From the NCBI GenBank assembly GCA_902795195.1, contig CADBKF010000008.1, positions 17,677 through 81,676 of the forward strand: a DNA stretch of 64,000 bases, read 5' to 3'. A model generated the notes under the pieces. It was not told where the DNA came from, ran no database searches, and saw only the letters and a program-made list of their open reading frames with translations. Position numbers and translations under genes: made by a program. Below, in pieces: positions 10,402-19,161 of this stretch (the stretch's first letter is position 1; every line of letters begins with the position of its first letter). The DNA is from Oscillospiraceae bacterium (GTDB lineage Bacteria; Bacillota; Clostridia; Oscillospirales; Oscillospiraceae).

Positions 10402-10583
10402 AAAAATATTTCCTCCCATTTTTTTCCGTGTTTTTTCGTTGAAAAAGCCGGTTTGCTGCGTTCATTATACCGATCCGACCTGCTTTTGGATAGCAATTTT
10501 CGGACCAGATGCTAGCACGATTTTGACTTTTTCCGCAATCACGTCAAAAATGAGAGGATATTTTTATGCAATTCTTACAAAAA

Positions 10584-11393
10584 TTAGGGCGTTTCGTTGG
10601 GGCTGCCGCCCTGTTGGCGGTATTCCTGCGGCGTCATGCCGGTCTCCCTTTTGAACAGGCGGGCAAAATAGGAGTAGTTGTCGTAGCCGACGCTGTCGGC
10701 CACCCGGTTGATCGGATAGTCGGTGCGCACAAGCAGCTCCCTTGCCTGGCGCAGCCGTTCCCCTGTGATATACTCCAGAACAGACAGTCCGGTCGCCTTC
10801 TTGAACAGGCGGGCCAGATACTGCTCGTTCAGATAGACCTGCTCGGCCAGCTTGGACAGATAGATCTGCTCCTGCAGGTGCTTGTGGATATAGTCCTTCA
10901 CCGTGGCGACAGCGCTTTCGCCGGAGCGGCTTCGGTTCTCGTCGGCCAGCCGGCTGAGCACATGTGCAGGGACGCTGCTGTCTTCTTTGTCGGATGGCGG
11001 ATTGCCGTTCTGGTCCGCCCGCTTCCGAAGCCGCTGGGTCACGGTAACCAGAATCCGGTCCAGCTCCTCATAGTCGATGGGTTTCAGGATATAGTCCGCG
11101 CTGCCCAGCTGCATGGCCTTGCGCATATACTCATAGTCCGCGTGACAGGTGATAAACACGCACTCCACCGCGGGATAGTGGGACTTGACCCACGCGAACA
11201 GCTCCAATCCGCTCCCCTGCGGCATCTCGATGTCACAGAGCATCACCTGGATGTCTTTCGAGGAAAACAGCTCCTGTGCCTCGCGCATGGAGTATGCGAT
11301 AGATACCTCTTCTGCACCGTATGCCTTCCAGTCCACCCGCCGCTGCAGCGCCTTGACCGCCACGGCCTCATCGTCCACCAGAATCACATTCAT
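10584..11393 (-). CDS. response regulator, CheY receiver plus AraC-type HTH (YesN-like)
   Basis: MNVILVDDE...MLCDIEMP receiver, then a C-terminal AraC HTH (YSYFARLFKRETGMTPQEYR). ATGA overlap with the upstream kinase stop. Confidence 0.9.
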   Translation of the reverse strand: MNVILVDDEAVAVKALQRRVDWKAYGAEEVSIAYSMREAQELFSSKDIQVMLCDIEMPQGSGLELFAWVKSHYPAVECVFITCHADYEYMRKAMQLGSADYILKPIDYEELDRILVTVTQRLRKRADQNGNPPSDKEDSSVPAHVLSRLADENRSRSGESAVATVKDYIHKHLQEQIYLSKLAEQVYLNEQYLARLFKKATGLSVLEYITGERLRQARELLVRTDYPINRVADSVGYDNYSYFARLFKRETGMTPQEYRQQGGSPNETP

Positions 11394-13144
11394 GCGTTTC
11401 CGACTCCTTTCTTTTCCTGTGCCTGCGGGAGCTTGCCGATCTCGCCGATCTGACTGTGTACCGTGATCATCGGCAGCAGAATCTCAACCGCCGTTCCGCC
11501 GGTCGCCTGCCGGGACAGCGCCACGCTGCCGCTGCCGCCGTAGAGCAGCTCGACCCGGTCGATGGCGTTTTGGATGCCGATGCCCAGGCTCGGGCAGATG
11601 GTACGGGTCTTCCGGAATTCCTCGATGCTCTCCAGCACCTCGTCGGAGATGCCGACTCCGGTGTCGGTCACCCGCAGCAGTAGCTGCCCGTCTGCGTTCT
11701 TTTCGGCGCTCACCCGGATCTCCACAACCGACTCGGGCAGCAGCGCGTATTTGATCGAGTTTTCCGCAAAGCTCTGCAGCAGCAGCGGCGGGATCAGGCA
11801 GTCGGAAAGATCCTCGTCGTATTCCACAACCGCCTCGAAGGTCTTGACAAAGCGGACCTTCTGGATCTCGAAATAGTTGCGCAAATGCTCCATCTCGTGG
11901 CCGAGGGGGACAAAATCCTGATAGGCGTTGACCACATATCTGAAATATCTGGACAGATACAGGATCATCCTCTGGATCAGCGGGTATTCTTCCTGCTCGT
12001 AGCTGTAGAGGATGTTCAGCGTGTTGAGAATAAAGTGCGGCTTGATCTGCTGGGCCAGGAAGCCCATCCGGATCTTCTGCGCCTTGAGCTGCTCCTCATA
12101 CACGCTGATTTTCAGCTCCTCCACCTGATCCATCATGTGGTTGAAGCTGCGGTTGATCCGGTTGAACTCAGTGCCCTGCTCCTTTTCCGGGATCCGGTAG
12201 TCCAGATCGCCGCCCTCCACGATGCCGATGGCCTTGTGAAGCCGTGAGACCGGGCCGACCATCCAGTGCTGGATCGCCAGCACCAGGATCGGCAGGGCGA
12301 TCAGCGCCGCAACGGACAGGATCTGCAGCAGCCGGATCGCAAACGGCAGTGAGCCGCTGATCTGCCGGTCCGGCACAAGCTCCAGCAAATACAGCTCCCC
12401 GGAGAAGGCCCTGGCTGTGGAAATCAGGTAGCTCTGCTTTCCGAGCTTGAGCCGCTCCGTACCCGGCTCGAGCTGCTCCGGCAGCGACGCGGTGGCAAAC
12501 AGAATGCTGCCGTCCCGGTCGGTAAAGGTAAGGATACGCCCTTCCTCCCGCGGGATCTGCTGGGCGAGACCTGCAAGCTCGATCCAGGCGCCGTACCAGA
12601 CATTCCGGTGTTTGCTCATGCTGACCAGTACGGCCCGGTCGTCCAGAGAGATCAGCTGCGTCCGCCGCCTTGGATTTTCAGGGTCGACGTTGATTGCCTC
12701 CAGGATCTTGCTGCGCACCTGGGAGCTTCGGTAGAAATCGCTCTGTGCAAACTGGTCCTTCTCAGGGAAATAGGCATAGAGTCCGCCGATCAGAAACTCG
12801 TCTTCTTTTTTCCTTCTCAGGCTCGACTTCAGATCCACCACGGACTGCAGCTGACGGTAGCGCTCCTCTTCGTTGTTGATCTCTTTGTCCCGCAGACGCA
12901 GATAGTCCGGATCGTCGATGGACAGAAGGGCCAGATAGGTGTCGGCCCGTTTTAAGGCGTCGTCGGCCAGCTTCAGGTAGAGCTCCAGCGTGTGCCGGAT
13001 CTCCATGGTGGTCTGCGCCTCGGCGTCCGCGATGACCCTCTGGCCGAGGACCAGCGTCAGCAGGTTCAGAGGGATCAGCACTGCAAAAATCAGAAACACA
13101 ACGCGGTTGATCCAGGAAGAAAAAAATCGTTTGATGTACTTCAC
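11390..13144 (-). CDS. sensor histidine kinase, YesM-like (TM - HAMP - His_kinase - HATPase)
   Basis: KPHFILNTLNILY block and a C-terminal HATPase (VTDTGVGISDE, GIGIQNAIDRVELLYG). Real start taken as GTG 13144 (VKYIKRFFSSW) with AAGGGGG 5 nt upstream. The remaining 238 upstream codons of the 823-aa tracked ORF run through repeats and antisense to the esterase gene. Confidence 0.85.
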   Translation of the reverse strand: MKYIKRFFSSWINRVVFLIFAVLIPLNLLTLVLGQRVIADAEAQTTMEIRHTLELYLKLADDALKRADTYLALLSIDDPDYLRLRDKEINNEEERYRQLQSVVDLKSSLRRKKEDEFLIGGLYAYFPEKDQFAQSDFYRSSQVRSKILEAINVDPENPRRRTQLISLDDRAVLVSMSKHRNVWYGAWIELAGLAQQIPREEGRILTFTDRDGSILFATASLPEQLEPGTERLKLGKQSYLISTARAFSGELYLLELVPDRQISGSLPFAIRLLQILSVAALIALPILVLAIQHWMVGPVSRLHKAIGIVEGGDLDYRIPEKEQGTEFNRINRSFNHMMDQVEELKISVYEEQLKAQKIRMGFLAQQIKPHFILNTLNILYSYEQEEYPLIQRMILYLSRYFRYVVNAYQDFVPLGHEMEHLRNYFEIQKVRFVKTFEAVVEYDEDLSDCLIPPLLLQSFAENSIKYALLPESVVEIRVSAEKNADGQLLLRVTDTGVGISDEVLESIEEFRKTRTICPSLGIGIQNAIDRVELLYGGSGSVALSRQATGGTAVEILLPMITVHSQIGEIGKLPQAQEKKGVGNA

Positions 13145-13163
13145 ACGCAGACCCCCTTGTTGA

Positions 13164-13200
13164 GTGAATAGAGAATAGAGAATAGAGAATAGGGAATAGG
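13164..13200. repeat. heptanucleotide tandem array, five in-phase units (GTGAATA GAGAATA x3 GGGAATA; minus strand CCTATTC/TCTATTC)
   Basis: Read directly. Exact 7-nt period. Confidence 0.9.
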
Positions 13201-13206
13201 AAAGGT

Positions 13207-13233
13207 ATTTTCCAAATCGGCGATTTGGAAAAT
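13207..13233. other. 27-bp near-perfect palindrome ATTTTCCAAATCG-G-CGATTTGGAAAAT in the kinase leader
   Basis: Read directly: 13-bp arms with a 1-nt centre. A second small hairpin GTCCC-GAA-GGGAC lies at 13245..13257. Confidence 0.85.
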
Positions 13234-13259
13234 GGATTGAAATCGTCCCGAAGGGACAC

Positions 13260-13294
13260 CGACAACTGACAACTGACCACTGGCCACTGACCAC
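13260..13294. repeat. heptanucleotide tandem array, five in-phase units (CGACAAC TGACAAC TGACCAC TGGCCAC TGACCAC; minus strand AGTGGTC type)
   Basis: Read directly. Exact 7-nt period. Confidence 0.9.
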
Positions 13295-13298
13295 TTCC

Positions 13299-13327
13299 AT
13301 TATAAATCGGATCCCCGGATTTGTCAA
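13299..13327 (-). promoter_or_regulatory. consensus sigma-70-type promoter for the yesM/yesN-like operon
   Basis: Minus strand TTGACA (13327..13322), 17-nt spacer, TATAAT (13304..13299). Both hexamers match the consensus exactly. Confidence 0.6.
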
Positions 13328-13348
13328 TTTTCGAGGGGGAGGTCGCGC

Positions 13349-13377
13349 TTGCATTCTTTGATTTTTTCTGATACAAT
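13349..13377 (+). promoter_or_regulatory. candidate promoter of the second carboxylesterase gene
   Basis: TTGCAT (13349..13354), 17 nt, TACAAT (13372..13377), about 50 nt upstream of ATG 13427. Confidence 0.5.
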
Positions 13378-13426
13378 CAGGATACGAAATAAACCGCGAT
13401 CCGCGCTGAACAAGGAGGACTTCCGC

Positions 13427-14998
13427 ATGAAACACACATTCCGCTGCGATGCAGGCACCGCGCTCATCAAGACCGAACGCGGCCTTGTCAAGGGCTACGA
13501 GCACGACGGCCTGCTGATCTTCAAGGGCATCCCCTATGCCAAAGCCAGACGCTTCCACGCGCCCGAGCCGGTCAAGCCCTGGGAAGGGGTGTTCGACGCC
13601 AGCAACTACGGCTTCGTCTGCCCGCTGCTCACAAACGACCGGCCGAACGGCGAGCTGCATGTGCCGCACCGCTTCTGGCCGATGGACGAGGACTGCCTGA
13701 ACCTGAACATCTGGACCCCCGGCACGGACGAAAAAAAGCGCCCCGTGCTGTTCTGGCTGCACGGCGGCGGCTATGAGGCCGGCTCCTCGATCGAGCATCT
13801 GGCCTACGACGGCGCAAACCTGAGCCGTCTGGGGGACGTGGTGGTCGTCTCGATCAACCACCGGCTGAACATCCTCGGCTACTTTGACCTCTCAGACTAC
13901 GGCGAGGAATACGTGAACTCCGGCAACGCCGGCGGAGACGATATCATCGCCGCGCTGCGCTGGGTGCACGAGAACATCGCCCCGTTCGGCGGCGACCCGG
14001 AGAACGTGACCGTCTTCGGTCAGTCCGGCGGCGGCGCCAAGGTCACGACGCTGCTGCAGTCACCGGCGGCGGACGGGCTCTACGCGAAGGGGCTTGTGAT
14101 GAGCGGCGTGATCGGTCCCGTGCTGTCAGACGCAGTCGGCAGCGGCCGCGATCTGGCCGAGGCCCTGATGGCGGAGCTCGGACTGCACGCGGTCAAGGAG
14201 CTCGAAACCGTGGACTACCATCTGCTGGCCGCGGCCTACCGGAAGGTCAAGCCTGCGCTGGAGAAGGCAGGCGCGTATACGGGCTGCCGGCCGCATCCCA
14301 ACGCGTTCTATCTGGGCGAGCCGGTCGCAAACGGCTTCCGGCCGGAGACGAAGGACATCCCGCTGCTGGTGGGAAGCGTCTTCGGCGAGTTCTCCTCGTT
14401 CCTGCCCAGCCCCTACGACCGCTCCAACATGAGCGAGCAGGCGCAGAAGGACGCGATTGTGGAGATGCTGGGGCAGGAAGGCGCAGACGAGCTGATCCCG
14501 CTGTTCCGCGCCGCCTATCCGGAGCGGCAGCTGATCGACCTGCTGCGGCTCGACTTCATTTTCCGTGGGCCGGAGATCCCCTACATCGCCGCGCGCAGCC
14601 GCCTGAACGACTGCACCTGGTCCTACCTGTTCAACATGGACCAGCCCATCGACGGCGGCAACACCCCCTGGCACTGCAGCGACATCCCGTATTTCTTCCA
14701 CAACCTCGACCTCGTGGAGTACCCCCACGGGCCGCAGGCGGACCCCGATCTGTCCGAACGGGTCGAAGCGCTGTGCGCAGGAAGCCTTCTGCGCTTTGCC
14801 CGGACCGGCGACCCCGCCGGAACGGCGCTCCCGGACTGGAAGCCGTGCCGGGATGGCGAGGAGCTGACGTTGCTGATCGACGAGAACCCCCGCGTTCTGC
14901 CGAATTTCGACCACAGCCTGCTCGAAGCGCACAGCCGCGTCATGGGCCCGGTCATGGCCAGGATCATGCAGGCGCTGCACGAAAACATCCAGCATTGA
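13427..14998 (+). CDS. type-B carboxylesterase (second copy)
   Basis: GIPYAKARRFHAPEP, WLHGGGYEAGS, GQSGGG. Start trimmed to ATG 13427 with AAGGAGGA at 13412..13419. Confidence 0.85.
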   Translation: MKHTFRCDAGTALIKTERGLVKGYEHDGLLIFKGIPYAKARRFHAPEPVKPWEGVFDASNYGFVCPLLTNDRPNGELHVPHRFWPMDEDCLNLNIWTPGTDEKKRPVLFWLHGGGYEAGSSIEHLAYDGANLSRLGDVVVVSINHRLNILGYFDLSDYGEEYVNSGNAGGDDIIAALRWVHENIAPFGGDPENVTVFGQSGGGAKVTTLLQSPAADGLYAKGLVMSGVIGPVLSDAVGSGRDLAEALMAELGLHAVKELETVDYHLLAAAYRKVKPALEKAGAYTGCRPHPNAFYLGEPVANGFRPETKDIPLLVGSVFGEFSSFLPSPYDRSNMSEQAQKDAIVEMLGQEGADELIPLFRAAYPERQLIDLLRLDFIFRGPEIPYIAARSRLNDCTWSYLFNMDQPIDGGNTPWHCSDIPYFFHNLDLVEYPHGPQADPDLSERVEALCAGSLLRFARTGDPAGTALPDWKPCRDGEELTLLIDENPRVLPNFDHSLLEAHSRVMGPVMARIMQALHENIQH

Positions 14999-15063
14999 AC
15001 GGCCTCTGTCGGCGTGCGCGGGACAGGCGTTCGGCAGCGTATGAGCAGGAAAGAAGGATTCCC

Positions 15064-15732
15064 ATGAAAATCACATACTGGTCGGATTACGCATGCCCCT
15101 ACTGCTACATCGGAGAGGCGAGATTGAAGAAGGCGATCTCGGAGCTTCCGGAGATCGGCGACGTAGAACTGGAGATGAAGGCGTTTCAGCTCGACCCCAC
15201 CGCAGGCGAGCACGCGACGGGCGATACTCTGACGCGATTTGCCCGCAAATACGGACTGTCGATGGAGCATGCCGCCCGGTCCATCGAGCATATCTCTCAG
15301 ATGGGCAGAGACGAAGGCCTTGATTTCAGATACGCAACGACGCTGTTCACAAACACGATGGACGCGCACCGTTTGACAAAGCTTGCGCAGAGCAAAGGCC
15401 CGGAAGCAGCAAACCGGGTGATCGAGGCGCTGTTCAAGGCGTATTTCACAGACAACAAAGAGCTGGCAGATCAAAAACTGCTGCAGCAGATCGGCGAGGA
15501 CTGCGGCTTGGACGCGGACGAAGTCAGGGCGCTTTTGACCTCGGATCAGTACCGGGAGGAAGTGCTCCTTGATGAACGCGAGGCGGCAAGATACGGCATC
15601 CACGCCGTTCCCTTCTTCGTCGTTGGGAAATACGGGATCCCCGGCGCCCTCAGTGTTGAAGATATGAAGAAAACGCTCCTGAAGGTCATGGAAGAAGATA
15701 CGGTTGGAGCTGAAAAAAGAAGGTACATGTGA
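15064..15732 (+). CDS. DsbA-family (FrnE-like) thiol oxidoreductase
   Basis: MKITYWSDYACPYCYIGE with a CPYC active site and C-terminal GIHAVPFFVV. Only the last 222 codons of the tracked 319-aa ORF are credible. Confidence 0.85.
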   Translation: MKITYWSDYACPYCYIGEARLKKAISELPEIGDVELEMKAFQLDPTAGEHATGDTLTRFARKYGLSMEHAARSIEHISQMGRDEGLDFRYATTLFTNTMDAHRLTKLAQSKGPEAANRVIEALFKAYFTDNKELADQKLLQQIGEDCGLDADEVRALLTSDQYREEVLLDEREAARYGIHAVPFFVVGKYGIPGALSVEDMKKTLLKVMEEDTVGAEKRRYM

Positions 15733-15797
15733 ACAGATCGGCGTGTCTTCTCGCTTTTCTTTCTGTGGTTTGGTACCTTTTAGCACGTCTTTCACAT

Positions 15798-15836
15798 AAA
15801 AACCGCTGGTTTTACTGCAAAATCAGCGGTTTTTTG
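15798..15836 (+). terminator. rho-independent terminator after the DsbA-like gene
   Basis: AAAACCGCTG ... CAGCGGTTTT stem followed by TTTG. Confidence 0.7.
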
Positions 15837-15946
15837 TGCTTTTCGAGCTAATTTTCGCTCGGTTTTCGTGGCTACGGTAACAAAACTGGTAACTGCACAA
15901 ATACATGGCTTACCAGTATTACTTTTATTACTTTTTTGTCTAAGCT

Positions 15947-16027
15947 ATTGATTTGTGCAATTATTTGAGTATAATAGATATTGAATTGTGCAATATAAGC
16001 TGTGATATTTAAATTGAATTGTGTATT
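15947..16027 (+). repeat. three 15-bp direct repeats (ATTGATTTGTGCAAT / ATTGAATTGTGCAAT / ATTGAATTGTGTATT) spaced exactly 33 bp apart
   Basis: Starts at 15947, 15980 and 16013. A TATAAT hexamer (15970..15975) lies between copies 1 and 2. Confidence 0.85.
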
Positions 16028-16068
16028 TTTCTATGTTTTGATTCTGTCGAAATGTGCGGGGGTGCATT

Positions 16069-17384
16069 ATGTTATATCGAAAAATCCAACCGTTTATTGA
16101 AGCCTATCTAAGATCTGATTCAAACAAGGTGCTAATCATCGATGGGGCACGGCAGATCGGGAAAACATTTATTATACGTCATGTCGGACAGCAGCTTTTC
16201 AAAAACTATATTGAGCTGAACTTTGCAGAGGATTATAACGGACCCAGGCTGTTTGAGCAGGTGCGCACGGTCAAGGATTTCTATTTCCAAGTCAGCACCG
16301 TCGCCGGTGATAAAATGGGAGATAAACAAAATACACTCATCTTCCTTGACGAGATCCAAGCATATCCCCATTTGTTGACCATGCTCAAATTTCTGAAACA
16401 AGATGACAGATATACCTACATTGCAAGCGGCTCTCTGCTGGGTGTGACCTTGAAAAAGACGACCTCCATTCCAATGAGGAATTTCTGCTGGCGAACGGAT
16501 TCAATCAGTTCGCGATCAATATGATGCGTGAGAAGTTCCTTGCCGGCGAGAGCCTGGATGTTGCTGCGCACGAAAAGGTGATGGATCTTTTCAAGAAATA
16601 CCTGTTAATCGGCGGGCTGCCCGACGCTGTAAACTCCTTTATTGCAGACACCAATATCGTGAAGGTGAGAACGATCCATCGTGATATTCGGGCGTTCTAT
16701 GCCGATGATGCGTCAAAGTATGAAGCTGACAATAACAGGAAACTGAAAATCCGCAGAATCTATGATATGATCCCCTCAAATCTGGAGAGCAAGAAGAAGC
16801 GGGTGGTCTTCCAGGAAATCGAGGACAAGCGTGGCAAGCGGTTTTCCGATTATCAGGATGAATTTGAATATCTGATTTCGGCGGGGATCGCACTGGACGT
16901 CAGCGCGATCACCACCCCCGTGTTTCCCCTTACGCAGTCCGTCGGCAAAAACCTGCTCAAGCTCTATTTGAACGATGTAGGTCTTTTGACCGATGTTTTG
17001 TACGGCAGCAATATCCGTGCGATCCTGGACGATGAGACCGGAATCAACCTCGGCTCTGTGTATGAAAGCGTGGTGGCCCAGGAGCTGGCAGCCCATGGCT
17101 ATAAGCTGTTCTACTACGATAACCGCAGCAAGGGCGAGGTGGATTACCTGATCGACGATTATGACAGCCTCTCCGCCGTCCCCATCGAGGTCAAGTCCGG
17201 CAAGGACTACACCGTTCACAGTGCGCTGAATACCTTCGTAAAGAACGACGACTATCGCGTGAAAAAGGCCTATGTGCTGTCCAATACCCGTGAGATCACA
17301 ACAAACGGCAAGATCACGTATCTGCCGATCTACGATGTGATGTTCTTCGGGGCGGGGGAGCAATCAAATGCTATCATAGGATAA
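16069..17384 (+). pseudogene. AAA-family ATPase (AAA_14 + DUF4143 type), disrupted by an internal deletion/frameshift near 16474-16480
   Basis: ORFs 16054..16524 and 16521..17384 are the two halves of one protein (Walker A DGARQIGKT, Walker B LIFLDEIQ, C-terminal GEVDYLI...PIEVKSG). After TTSIPM the frame breaks. The continuation EEFLLANGFNQFAINMMREKF is readable in another frame, and roughly 15 residues normally between these blocks appear to be missing (from memory of the family). Confidence 0.65.
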
Positions 17385-17520
17385 GAAGCAGAATAAACAA
17401 AGAGTAAAGAACGAAATAAGCTGCTTACTCAGTATGCGGACGATATCGGCAAGCGGCTGCAGCAGATGGAGCAGGAATGATCTCACACACGGCGCTTTCC
17501 CGCGCCGGAAAGGAGGGCTT

Positions 17521-19161
17521 ATGACAAAGCAACGAAAACACACGCTGCTGTTTCTCGGCTTTCTGCTGCTGGCAGGGGTCTGTCATTCCATGACGCGCAC
17601 AGGATATATGCTCATCGACACGCTGATGAACAGCGTCAGCAGCATGCTCTACCTCGGTCTGCTGCTGTTCTGGCTGATATCGGTGCAGCAGCGGCTGCTG
17701 ATCTCCAGCGCCAGAACCACCATTGTCTGGATCGTCCGGCTGATGATCGCCTGGCTGCTGACGCGAATCGTCGTATATGACTACAATGCCAGTACCTTGC
17801 TCGAGCGTTATCTCATTTATGCCTACTGGACGCCCCAGATGCTGATCCCGGCGCTGTTCTTGCTGCTCAGCCTGCAGATCCGGCAGGGCCACGCCGGGAA
17901 GCGCCGCCGGAACCCGGTGCTGGTGCTGATCCCGGGGGCAGTCTTCGCGCTGCTGGCCTGGACCAGCGACCTGCACCGGCTGATTTACCGGCCCACGGTC
18001 CCGCTTGCCTCCTTTCATGTAAAGACCGGCACCTACGGCTACGGCCCGCTGTTCTGGATCATGATGCTCTGGATGGGGCTGGCGGCTGCAACGGGCGTGG
18101 TCTTGCTGCTCCGGGAATCCGGGAATCGCAGCGCCAAGACAATCCGCCGGCTGCTGGGCATCGTGGGGCTCTGGATCGCCCTGGCGCTGCTGACGCTGCT
18201 GGTGCTGGACCGTCTGCCCATTCCCATCAAATTCTACGGCATGCCGGAGATCAATATTTTCTGTATGCTGGGCTTTCTGGAGATCTGCATCCGGGGCCGC
18301 CTGATCCCCTGCTATGAAAACTACGCCGGGTTCTTCTCCCGGCTGCAGAGCCCGGCGCTGATCACCGATCTGGCGCTGCACCCTGCCTTTGCAGCCGCCC
18401 GGACCCCGGAGGCGGACCGGGAAGCGCTGGAACAGGCCCTGCGCGCTCCCCTGCCCCTGACGGAGGATCTGACCCTCACCGGCAGAGCCGTTTCGGGCGG
18501 CTATGCCTTCTGGGTCGTCGATCAGAGCGCGGTGCACCGGGCGCAGGAGCAGCTTTCCGAGGCCAACGCGCTGCTCGAGCAGGAGAATGATCTCATCCGG
18601 GCAGAGACCGAGCAGCGGGAAAAGGACGCCTATCTGCGCTCCCGCCACCGAATCTACCACGAGATCGCCCAGGCGCTCTATCCCTGCCAGAAGCGGCTGA
18701 GCCGGCTGCTCGAGGCGGCCCGGCCCGGGACCGCGGCGTTCCGGGACCAGATCGCGCTGATCTGCGTGCTCAACGCCTATGTCAAGCGCAAGACGAATCT
18801 GCTGCTTCTGGCCGCCGAGCAGGAGCACATCAGCGCCCGTGAGCTGTTTCTTGCCCTGCAGGAGTCGGCCCGCTATCTGACGCTGGCCGGCCTGCAGACC
18901 ACCGTGGCCGAAGCGGCGGAGCGGCAGTTTGCCCCGGCGCAGGCCGTGGGGCTCTACGACGCCTTCGAGGCCCTGGCAGAGCAGCTCCTGGGCCGGGCCT
19001 CGGCGATGATGGTCTCCTGGAAGCCGGCTGGTCTGTGCCTGGCGGCCCAGACCGACGCTGCGCCGTCGTTGGAGGCCATCGCCCTGCCGGTACAGCTGCG
19101 GCGCGCCGAGGGGGCTCTTTACATGGACATTTTCTCAGAGGCAGGAGGTGCGGAAGCATGA
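17521..19161 (+). CDS. polytopic membrane sensor with degenerate histidine-kinase core (pseudo-kinase or DHp-only partner)
   Basis: ATG 17521 with AAGGAGGG upstream. About 7 TM helices in the first ~290 aa, a coiled coil, and a DHp-like LRSRHRIYHEIAQAL. The region where N/G boxes belong (GLYDAFEALAEQLLGRASAMMVSW...) lacks the Asn and Gly signatures. Confidence 0.7.
   Translation: MTKQRKHTLLFLGFLLLAGVCHSMTRTGYMLIDTLMNSVSSMLYLGLLLFWLISVQQRLLISSARTTIVWIVRLMIAWLLTRIVVYDYNASTLLERYLIYAYWTPQMLIPALFLLLSLQIRQGHAGKRRRNPVLVLIPGAVFALLAWTSDLHRLIYRPTVPLASFHVKTGTYGYGPLFWIMMLWMGLAAATGVVLLLRESGNRSAKTIRRLLGIVGLWIALALLTLLVLDRLPIPIKFYGMPEINIFCMLGFLEICIRGRLIPCYENYAGFFSRLQSPALITDLALHPAFAAARTPEADREALEQALRAPLPLTEDLTLTGRAVSGGYAFWVVDQSAVHRAQEQLSEANALLEQENDLIRAETEQREKDAYLRSRHRIYHEIAQALYPCQKRLSRLLEAARPGTAAFRDQIALICVLNAYVKRKTNLLLLAAEQEHISARELFLALQESARYLTLAGLQTTVAEAAERQFAPAQAVGLYDAFEALAEQLLGRASAMMVSWKPAGLCLAAQTDAAPSLEAIALPVQLRRAEGALYMDIFSEAGGAEA

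Noticed and set aside
13164-13294. Possibility that the repeat arrays or hairpin clusters (also 42963..43065 and 53769..53912) are CRISPR arrays
   Set aside because: The units are 7 nt with no spacers, or are unrelated hairpins without a repeated 25-40-nt unit. No cas genes are present in the window.
13145-13861. N-terminal 238 codons of the 823-aa ORF 11390..13861, and ORF 12762..13376
   Set aside because: They translate the heptad arrays and palindromes (GSGQWPVVSCQLSV, ILYSLFS) and then run antisense to the esterase gene. The kinase has a proper RBS plus GTG at 13144.
17397-17480. Short GC-richer open frame ending ...KLLTQYADDIGKRLQQMEQE-stop at the right edge of the AT-rich islet; possible 3' remnant of a truncated gene
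   Set aside because: Only about 27 codons after an in-frame stop, with no start codon and no recognisable motif. It is too little to call, and I note it only as a possible scar of the insertion event.
17425-18828. 467-aa minus ORF; also 19863..20468 -, 35141..36820 -, 37405..39072 -, 39190..40725 -, 40727..41632 -, 41515..42918 -, 43551..45251 +, 48619..50685 -, 50819..52780 -, 55604..56806 +, 56853..57848 +, 61625..62488 +
   Set aside because: All are antisense shadows of confidently identified genes: sensor kinases, uxaC, rhaB, isomerase, rhaD, FUSC-HAD, GH2, PBP2, M15 peptidase, ftsZ, ftsQ, mraY.
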